Origin: an uncultured bacterium
Lineage (GTDB): Bacteria; Chloroflexota; Dormibacteria; Aeolococcales; Aeolococcaceae
NCBI GenBank assembly: GCA_963716555.1
Contig: CAVQTJ010000018.1
Coordinates: forward strand, 392,413 to 456,412
Reading direction: 5' to 3'
DNA length: 64,000 bases
Positions 57,495-64,000 of the stretch are shown one piece after another (position 1 is the first letter of the stretch; the number at the start of each line of letters is the position of its first letter). A program made the position numbers and the translations under genes. Below the pieces are notes generated by a model that saw nothing but the letters and a program-made list of their open reading frames with translations, did no database searches and was not told where the DNA came from.

Positions 57495-59128
57495 GTCTCG
57501 CACCGGCTACGCCACCGCCCGCGGCCCAGGAAGGCGGCGCCCCGGCATCGGCCGGCGCTGCCGGTGTCCTAGGGACGGGGGCCATCCCGGTGGGCTCGAC
57601 ACCCCAGTCATCCCAGGGGACGCTGGCCCGCAGCATCTCCTGGCTAACCGTGGGCCAGATCGCGACCTGGGCCCTCACCCTGGTCTGGACAGTCTACGTG
57701 CCGCGCCGCTTGGGATCCTCCCAGATCGGGATCTTCACCCTCAGCGCCGCCGTGGCCGGTGTTCTGATGGTGATCATCGGCCTGGGGATGAGACCGCTCC
57801 TGGTCCGCGAGATTGCCTCTCACCCAGATCGCGCTCCCCGGCTCATCGGCGCAGCCATGGTGCTTCGCGCGCTCTTCGCGGTTCCCGCCCTCGTGATCGC
57901 CGTGCTCCTGGCCTGGTTGGGTCCCTTCCACGGAGAGGAGTCGATTGCCATTCTGCTCGGCTGGTGCGCCTGCGTACTCGGCGCCCTCGCCGAGCCCGTG
58001 GCCGCGGGGTTTCAGGGCGTCGAGAAGATGCGCTATCTCACCTACTTCACTGTGCTGGGAAGCGTTCTCGGGACGGTGAGCAGCATCACCTTGGTGACCC
58101 TCGGGGTGCGCGCCATCGGGCTGCTGCTCAACGGCCTCGCCATCGGCGCCCTGTCGGCCGCGTTGATGCTGGTGTGGGCCCGGCCTCACTTCCGGATTGA
58201 ATGGAGGGTGACCCGGCAGGAGCTCACCAGCCTCCTGGTGCGCAGCCTTCCCTATTGGAGCTTCGCCGCGTTTTACACAATCTACCTCTGGATCGACTCC
58301 CTGATGCTCGGTGCGATGACCACGAGTTCGGTGCTCGGATGGTATGGGGTTCCGACTCGCCTCTTCGGAACTCTGCTCTTCATCCCCAACATCCTCACCA
58401 CTGCATGGCTCTCCCAGCTGGCCCGGGCACACACCGGCGGTGGCAAGGTGCAGCTGCTCCGCGCGGCCAGGCCCGCCATCGAGACGACGATGGTCCTCAG
58501 CTTGCCGGTCTGCGCTGGTTCCGTGCTGGTGGCCGATCCCCTCGTCCACGCGCTCTACGGCTCTGGCTTTGCCGAATCCGGCCCAGTGTTTGCCCTTCTC
58601 GCCCTCTGCGTCCCACCGATGTACATCAACATGATGGCAAATCAGGTGATGGTGGCTCGGGACCAGCAGGTGATCTGGACCAAGATGATGATACTGGCCA
58701 CCGTCGTCAACCCGGTTGCGAACTTCTTTCTCATCCCTTACTTCCAGCGCACTCAGGGCGACGGCGCGATCGGCGCCGCGATCGCGATGGTCATCACCGA
58801 GGTCATCCTGGCGGCGATCGCCATCTTCCTGATACGCGACGCCTTCACTCGGCAGATGGGTGCGCGCCTCGCCCGGGCCGTTGTGGCGACCGGTGGGATG
58901 GCGGCCCTTGTGGTCCTGGGACTCCGGGTCAACCTCGGGATCGGGGTGGTCAGCGGTCTGGTGAGCTTCCCGGTGCTGGCTCTTGCGCTGCGCGTGGTCA
59001 GTGGTGAGGAGCGTCGCCAGCTGTGGTCGCTGGCGCGGCATCTGCGGCGCAGCAGTGAGAACCAGAGCCCGACGGCGCTGCCATTCGAGGGTCCGGCGCA
59101 GGAGCGAGCCGACGGGGCCCCTTCCTAG
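57491..59128 (+). CDS. wzx: Wzx-type oligosaccharide flippase (MOP superfamily). A GTG start overlaps the upstream stop.
   Basis: About 12-14 TM helices with the 'polysaccharide biosynthesis protein' pattern and Arg-rich loops, across roughly 545 aa. Confidence 0.7.
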   Translation: MSLAPATPPPAAQEGGAPASAGAAGVLGTGAIPVGSTPQSSQGTLARSISWLTVGQIATWALTLVWTVYVPRRLGSSQIGIFTLSAAVAGVLMVIIGLGMRPLLVREIASHPDRAPRLIGAAMVLRALFAVPALVIAVLLAWLGPFHGEESIAILLGWCACVLGALAEPVAAGFQGVEKMRYLTYFTVLGSVLGTVSSITLVTLGVRAIGLLLNGLAIGALSAALMLVWARPHFRIEWRVTRQELTSLLVRSLPYWSFAAFYTIYLWIDSLMLGAMTTSSVLGWYGVPTRLFGTLLFIPNILTTAWLSQLARAHTGGGKVQLLRAARPAIETTMVLSLPVCAGSVLVADPLVHALYGSGFAESGPVFALLALCVPPMYINMMANQVMVARDQQVIWTKMMILATVVNPVANFFLIPYFQRTQGDGAIGAAIAMVITEVILAAIAIFLIRDAFTRQMGARLARAVVATGGMAALVVLGLRVNLGIGVVSGLVSFPVLALALRVVSGEERRQLWSLARHLRRSSENQSPTALPFEGPAQERADGAPS

Positions 59129-61113
59129 ACAGTCTTGCGGAATCTGGGCGCAATGTAGGTTCGTGAGCGGCGATCGATGGGGTAGCGGAAGCTGGTTGCG
59201 GCACCTCGACCAAAGGCCACGAAGCTGCGCACCCCCGAGGCAGGCCGCAGGAGGACGAGTCTTCTCCAGCTGATGGTTCGAAGCCATATGAGAACCAGGC
59301 AAAAAACCGCGGCCGGGTCGCCTCGGCGGATGTGCTTCATAACCAGTGCGCCCTGCGAGAACAAGTAACCGGCCTGCAGCCGGCGCCCCTCCGTCTTCCA
59401 CTCCTTGAGCTCATGATGCACCACCGCCGGCTGAGCAACCACCACAACCGCGTACCCGAGCTGCAGAACCCGATACATGAGGTCGAAGTCCTCGCCGGCC
59501 TTGAGCGGAGCCCCCACGCCGAGGAGCTCGTCGAAGCCTCCCGCCGTACGGAGCGGTTCGGTTCGAAAGACCAGATTGGCCCCTCCCAGCCGGCTGACCT
59601 GATAGGCCAACCAACGGGTTCGGTACACCCACTCCCCCGTCGGGGAGAAGGAGGGCGTGTAGTAAGCGTCCGAAGCATCGGCTGCTGCGGTGATCCCCCC
59701 GCAGACCATGGCCGCCTCCGAGTGCCTGGCAAGGATCAGCTCCATGTCGGAGATCCAGCCCCGGGGAACCACGCAGTCATCATCTGTGAAGGCGATGAGC
59801 TCGCCACGGGCTCGAGCCAGTCCTAGGTTGCAGGAGGTGGACCTGCCCGCGGTTTGCGAGCGGACGTACGAGAAACGCGGGTCGTCGCCCACAGTCTGCT
59901 CATAGGCGCGCTGGGCGGTGTCGTCCTGGCTCTGGTCAACGACGATGACCTCGAAGCTCTGGTGCTCCAAACGAGCCAGGCTATCCAGCGTCGGGATTAT
60001 TCCCACGCCGCGATTGCGGGTCGGGATGCAGACGGTGGCACGAGGCGCCCGATCCGAGGCGGGCGGGTTCGGGGCAGTTGCGGTGATAGGGAGTCCGGGG
60101 TCTGCTTCTGGCGCCGTGGGCGACGTGCTGGTGCGCCACCACTCGGCGGGGTCGAGAGCTCGCCGCCTCTTCCTCGCCGAACCGCTGCGTTGAACTCGAA
60201 CGTAGGTCCGGAAACTCCGGTCGATCGGATAGCGGAAACTCATGAGCGCACCCGCGACGAAGGCGGTGAAGGTGGTCACCCCCGTGGGTCGCCGAAGCTG
60301 AGCGATGTTGGCCCACTTGACCTGCCGAGCACCCCGGACGACCAGAGAGGGGACGAAGGCGGCATCGCCGCACCGAAGGTGTTTCATGCATATCGCGCCG
60401 TCTGACATCGAATACGTCCACAGCCGCGGCCTGATCTGCTGCCCGACCCTGTAACCGTAATGCACCACGGCTGGCTCTGGAACGTCCAGGATCCAGTGGC
60501 CGCGGCGCAGCAGCCTGCAGAGCACGTCAGAGTCCGTTCCCGCGCCCACGGGGGCCCCCGGCCCCAGGATCTCATCGAAGCCTCCGATGTCACGCAGCAT
60601 CTGGGCGCGAACCGCCATGTTCGCCCCGATGCCCCTGGACTGGTACGCCAGCAACACCGAGCGGTGCAATCGCGGCCGCGGCGGTGTGAAGGTTGGCACG
60701 AACCCTCGGTCGCGATTGGGCAGACCGGCTGTGACGCCGCCGCAGATCGCTGCCACCCGCGGGACAACCTCCATCGCGCTCTCCATCCCAGCGAGCCAGT
60801 CCGGCGGGGCCACGCAATCGTCGTCAGTGAAGGCGAGGATCGTGCCTCTCGCGCGGCCCAGGGCGAGATTGCAGGCGATGGGCTTGCCGACGGTCTCCGA
60901 GGGGATGTACGAGAAGCGCGGATCATCGCCGACTGTCTTGCGATAGGCGCGCTCCGAAAGCTCGTCGACGCTCTGGTCCACCACAATGACCTCGTAGCTG
61001 TCGTGCTTCTGCCGCCGAAGACTCTCGAGGGTGGGGGCGATGGTGACCCCTCGGTCCCGGGTCGCCAGGCAGACAGTGATCCGCGGGAGCTTTGACGGGG
61101 CTGGCTCGCTCAC
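59125..61113 (-). CDS. Tandem-domain GT2 glycosyltransferase with two complete GT-A modules in one polypeptide.
   Basis: Module 1 reads 'ITVCLATRDRGVTIAPTLESLRRQKHDSYEVIVVDQSVDE...LAFTDDDCVAPPDW'. Module 2 reads 'ATVCIPTRNRGVGIIPTLDSLARLEHQSFEVIVVDQSQDD...IAFTDDDCVVPRGW'. The two internal repeats share about 50% identity by eye. Confidence 0.75.
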   Translation of the reverse strand: MSEPAPSKLPRITVCLATRDRGVTIAPTLESLRRQKHDSYEVIVVDQSVDELSERAYRKTVGDDPRFSYIPSETVGKPIACNLALGRARGTILAFTDDDCVAPPDWLAGMESAMEVVPRVAAICGGVTAGLPNRDRGFVPTFTPPRPRLHRSVLLAYQSRGIGANMAVRAQMLRDIGGFDEILGPGAPVGAGTDSDVLCRLLRRGHWILDVPEPAVVHYGYRVGQQIRPRLWTYSMSDGAICMKHLRCGDAAFVPSLVVRGARQVKWANIAQLRRPTGVTTFTAFVAGALMSFRYPIDRSFRTYVRVQRSGSARKRRRALDPAEWWRTSTSPTAPEADPGLPITATAPNPPASDRAPRATVCIPTRNRGVGIIPTLDSLARLEHQSFEVIVVDQSQDDTAQRAYEQTVGDDPRFSYVRSQTAGRSTSCNLGLARARGELIAFTDDDCVVPRGWISDMELILARHSEAAMVCGGITAAADASDAYYTPSFSPTGEWVYRTRWLAYQVSRLGGANLVFRTEPLRTAGGFDELLGVGAPLKAGEDFDLMYRVLQLGYAVVVVAQPAVVHHELKEWKTEGRRLQAGYLFSQGALVMKHIRRGDPAAVFCLVLIWLRTISWRRLVLLRPASGVRSFVAFGRGAATSFRYPIDRRSRTYIAPRFRKTV

Positions 61114-61338
61114 CCCGGCAGGCTACCGCCAGCCCAGGGCAGGGGCGAATGGGCGTGTGGTCGCGCGTAGATTGTGCGTCCCATCCTCATCGGGACAGCG
61201 TCCCGACTCCTCACAACGCCATCCGGGACCACGGGGCCACCCCGGGACATGCGCCCAGTCGAGGAGGGACAGCACCCACAGCTGCCGATGATCTTCCCAT
61301 TCCCTCCACGGGTCCTAGGTCCGAGACTGGAAAACGTC

Positions 61339-62370
61339 ATGCGGTTCCTGGAGACTTTATTCCGCCACCGGCTCCTGGCCATCGTGCCGATCGTTCTCGG
61401 GCTGGTGGTTGCCGCTGGCTACGAGCTGTGCCAGCCTCGGGAATTCACGTCCACGGCCAGCGTTTGGGTTGACGCCTCCGTTCCTGGGAACGGTCTCAAC
61501 AACTCGAGCGACCAGTACGTCGACCCCTCGACCGTGGAGCAGTCCGAGATGCAGCAGCTGCTCTCCAGCCGCTCCTTCTCGCTGGCGGTCGGAGATTCAG
61601 GGCCGCTGGCGGGCTACCTCGCCTCCCATCCCGCTGCCGAGGTCACCGGTCTCGGCGCCATCCCGGGTCTCGGATCGATGTTCAGCAGCAGTGCCCGGGC
61701 GTCGGTCAGCGACCAGATCGCCAATGACCTCGAGAGCATGATCGACGTCGAGAGCACGGGACCCCAGGTCGTGACGATCACCGTGACCGCGCCCGATCCG
61801 GCGGTCGCCGCAGGGACGGCCAAGGCCTTCCTGACCGAGTACACGGCGCAGACCGTGGCGGCTCAGAAGGCGACCGACCAGACCTCGCTCACCTACTACG
61901 GACAGCAGCTTTCCCAGGCCCAGGTCACCCTCCAGCAGGCGCAGACCGCGCTCTCCAGCTTCCAGAAGGCGAATCCCACCGTCCCCGCCAATGGATTGGG
62001 CAACGCCACAGCGACCGAGCTGCTCCAGGCAGTCACTCTTGACACCACCACCTACCAGTCGGTGCTCAACCAGTATGAGCAGGCCCAGCTGAACCTGGTC
62101 GACGTCAACGCCCAGACCGGCTTCCAGGTCCTCGACTCGCCGACCGCCAACGGCTCTCCGGTGAGCATCTCCAAGAAGCTGCTCGGGGCCGGGATCGCCG
62201 GTCTCGTGGCCGGCCTGCTGGTCAGCATCCTTCTGATCTCCGCCCTCACCGCGGCGGACCGCTCGGCCCGCCGATCCGAGGATGTTCAGCGTCTCGGTCT
62301 CCAGGTGGCCGCCAGCGTCCAGGACCTCCCCCGCGGGACTCTGCCCAGCGCCCCGCTGGTGGAGACATGA
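61339..62370 (+). CDS. wzz: Polysaccharide co-polymerase / chain-length determinant (Wzz, GumC-like PCP). The probable start is 'MRFLETLFRHR'.
   Basis: N-terminal TM 'LLAIVPIVLGLVVAAG', a long periplasmic coiled-coil-like region, then a C-terminal TM 'LLGAGIAGLVAGLLVSILLISAL'. Confidence 0.65.
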   Translation: MRFLETLFRHRLLAIVPIVLGLVVAAGYELCQPREFTSTASVWVDASVPGNGLNNSSDQYVDPSTVEQSEMQQLLSSRSFSLAVGDSGPLAGYLASHPAAEVTGLGAIPGLGSMFSSSARASVSDQIANDLESMIDVESTGPQVVTITVTAPDPAVAAGTAKAFLTEYTAQTVAAQKATDQTSLTYYGQQLSQAQVTLQQAQTALSSFQKANPTVPANGLGNATATELLQAVTLDTTTYQSVLNQYEQAQLNLVDVNAQTGFQVLDSPTANGSPVSISKKLLGAGIAGLVAGLLVSILLISALTAADRSARRSEDVQRLGLQVAASVQDLPRGTLPSAPLVET

Positions 62371-63104
62371 GCAGCGAGCCGCTCCGGGCTGATCACCTCG
62401 CCCGCGTGTCCCCGCTGCATCCCAGCCGTCGGGGCCGTGAGCCGGTCGAGGATCGGTCCTTTGGGCTGGCGGAGGCGGAGCGGCTGGTGCCGGCCGAGGT
62501 TCTGCGCGCGTGCCGAGAGGCGCTGCAGCGCTTCGTCTCGACAGATCCCCCCAGCTACGGCGTCACCAGCGCGATTCGGGGGGAGGGTCGGAGCAGCATC
62601 GCACTCGGCTTCGCCCTGGCAGAGTGGCTCGACCACGAACGCCGGACGGTCATCGTGGACCTGGATCTCGAGGCGCCCGCGCTGCATCGGCGGCTGGGGC
62701 TGCGCGAGCGGCCCGGGCTCGAGCAGGTCGTGGACGGGCAGGCACACGTCGAGGACTACGTTCAGCGAGCCATCGGCGACGTCTGGCTGCTCAGCGCCGG
62801 GGCACCTGGCGTCGATGCCCCGCGCGCCCTCAACCGGTTTGCCCAGAGCACTCTGCTCTCGCAGCTCAGCGAGTGGGCGGAGGCGGTGGTATTCGATCTC
62901 CCGCCACTCCTCGGCTCGCCGACCGGACTGGAGGCCAGCCGGCTCTGCACCACGCCAGTCATGGTGGTGAGGGCAGGGGTCACCCCTCTGCCTCGGGTCA
63001 AGGAAGCGGTGGAGCTTCTCTCGGTCAAGCCACCGGTGGTGCTCAACGGCGTGTCCACCCGCATCCCTCGTTGGTTGCGGCGGGCTGCGGGCGACTGGTC
63101 GTGA
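62367..63104 (+). CDS. BY-kinase / CpsD-like ATPase (MinD/ParA fold) with a degenerate Walker A (GEGRSS where GEGKST is expected).
   Basis: The Walker A reads 'VTSAIRGEGRSSIALGFALA' and the Walker B-like hydrophobic strand plus Asp reads 'VIVDLDLEAP'. Its position directly after wzz is typical for a Wzc-type kinase split. Confidence 0.55.
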   Translation: MSSEPLRADHLARVSPLHPSRRGREPVEDRSFGLAEAERLVPAEVLRACREALQRFVSTDPPSYGVTSAIRGEGRSSIALGFALAEWLDHERRTVIVDLDLEAPALHRRLGLRERPGLEQVVDGQAHVEDYVQRAIGDVWLLSAGAPGVDAPRALNRFAQSTLLSQLSEWAEAVVFDLPPLLGSPTGLEASRLCTTPVMVVRAGVTPLPRVKEAVELLSVKPPVVLNGVSTRIPRWLRRAAGDWS

Positions 63105-63112
63105 TATGGCCC

Positions 63113-63244
63113 ATGCTCATGCTCGCAGGCCTGGTGACGGCCGGCCTGCTCTGGCGTGAGCGTCCCCGGCGCGCCCAGGCTGTCGCTCTGCTGGTGATCG
63201 TCGTCGGTCTCAGCTATGCCTGGCTAGGGCTGGGCAAGGTCTGA
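63113..63244 (+). CDS. Possible small single-TM peptide of about 43 aa.
   Basis: 'MLMLAGLVTAGLLWRERPRRAQAVALLVIVVGLSYAWLGLGKV'. Very short, so confidence is low. Confidence 0.2.
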   Translation: MLMLAGLVTAGLLWRERPRRAQAVALLVIVVGLSYAWLGLGKV

Positions 63245-63248
63245 GCGC

Positions 63249-64000
63249 CGTGGCGCTCGCCACCCTCTCCGCGGCCAACTTCCAACAGGCGCAGAAGAAC
63301 CGGGCGTGGCTCGCGGCGCCGATCGCCATCACTCTGGCCATCCTGCTCGGTCTCCTGGCGGGGATGCTGAGTGGCGGCCGCTCCTTCCTCGCTATCGGCG
63401 TGGTACTGGCCCTGGCTGTGCCCTTTGTGTGGTGGCGGGCGCCGGCATCTGGCGTGGTCACCCTGCTGGGCTGCTCCACGGTGATCGAGCAGTTCCAGTA
63501 TTCGGTTGGCATCCCCGGGCTCGACGCCTTCACCGACAAGATCCCGGTCTTCACGAGCCTCTCCAGCGGTTTGAACGCGACCGGGCTGTTCATGAGCCCG
63601 ATGGACATCGCGGTGGTGGTCCTGCTGCTGGTCTGGCTCACCCGGGGAGTCACTGAGCGGAGCCTCAGGATCCCGCGAACCCAGGTGGCCGCCGCCATCG
63701 GGGTGATGCTGCTGCTCGCCACCCTGGCGCTGCTGAGGGGTCTGACCAGCACCGCCCCCGGGGCCGGGGGCGAGAGCGCGGCGTCGGCCTCCCTGTGGGA
63801 GTACCGACCCTGGATCTACATGGCCGCCGCCTTCCTGTTCTCGTCCCAGGTCATCCGCACTCGACGGGCGGTCCAGGCCGTGCTCTGGGCCTTCGTCCTG
63901 GGCACCGGGTTCAAGGCGGTGCAGGGCGTGTACATCTTCTTCGAGACCCGCAACGAGATCCCCAGGCCGGAGGCCATCCTGGCCCATGAGGAATCGGTCT
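63249..64000 (+). CDS. Wzy-like O-antigen polymerase/ligase-family membrane protein. The N-terminus is in the window and the C-terminus runs off the right edge.
   Basis: My translation from the GTG at 63249 gives a multi-TM protein: 'VALATLSAANFQQAQKNRAWLAAPIAITLAILLGLLAGMLSGG...LRIPRTQVAAAIGVMLLLATLALLRGL...WIYMAAAFLFSS'. It is not in the ORF track because it has no stop inside the window. Confidence 0.55.

Noticed and set aside
57644-59401. 585-aa - strand ORF
   Set aside because: It is antisense to the Wzx flippase. The + strand product is a clean 12-14 TM protein.
1-64000. Search for CRISPR arrays, tRNA/rRNA genes and prophage-like blocks
   Set aside because: I found no regularly spaced repeat/spacer arrays. 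No intergenic region is long enough or shaped like a tRNA cloverleaf. I saw no integrase, capsid or terminase-like ORFs. The only mobile-element trace is the transposase remnant at about 11979-12264.

Overview
This is a high-GC (~70%) window that looks like an actinobacterial chromosome, judging by frequent GTG/TTG starts, MMPL, LAL, ECF and VapBC genes. Reading left to right: (1) A partial FtsH-like protease on the minus strand at the left edge; it is not in the ORF track because it runs off the window. (2) A sulfide/sulfur-handling cluster: a membrane-anchored sulfite-oxidase-family Mo-enzyme, SQR, TusE/DsrC-like, DsrE-like and OsmC proteins. An 8-bp x5 tandem repeat lies in the gap between the Mo-enzyme and SQR. 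(3) A MarR-MMPL pair, msrB, and a degenerate-GGDEF/EAL c-di-GMP phosphodiesterase. (4) A transposase C-terminal remnant next to a proline-rich membrane-anchored protein, and a TlpA-like thioredoxin lipoprotein. (5) An NrtR regulator followed by a single-ORF pncB::pncA fusion and a pterin carbinolamine dehydratase, with a 13-bp palindrome between regulator and target. (6) Two convergent VapBC toxin-antitoxin pairs, an MBL hydrolase and a 1187-aa S8 peptidase. (7) A decayed stretch with an alpha/beta-hydrolase pseudogene, a trpD pseudogene (several frameshifts plus an in-frame TAG) and a frameshifted COG1579 zinc-ribbon gene, followed by rnhA. (8) From about 29.7 kb to the right edge, a roughly 35-kb glycan island. 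It opens with an unusual cassette: two alpha/beta-hydrolase-like paralogs with substituted nucleophiles, a stand-alone acyl carrier protein, a fatty-acyl-AMP ligase, a GT2-GT26 fusion glycosyltransferase and an acyltransferase-3 protein. Then come an ECF sigma factor with a fused zf-HC2 anti-sigma-like tail and a LAL/LuxR regulator. The rest is a complete Wzx/Wzy-type exopolysaccharide locus: priming sugar transferase, SGNH hydrolase, GT9, HAD-fusion protein, PRT-domain protein, several GT4 and GT2 enzymes, a methyltransferase, a CE4 deacetylase, Wzx, Wzz, a BY-kinase-like ATPase with a degenerate P-loop, and a Wzy-like protein cut off at the right edge. At least four otherwise intact genes carry single frameshifts. 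Those I could localise sit on G/C homopolymers of 6 or more, so assembly indel errors, or possibly slipped-strand variation, are as likely as real pseudogenes. I found no rRNA, tRNA or CRISPR. Manual coordinates may be off by 1-2 bp relative to the ORF track.
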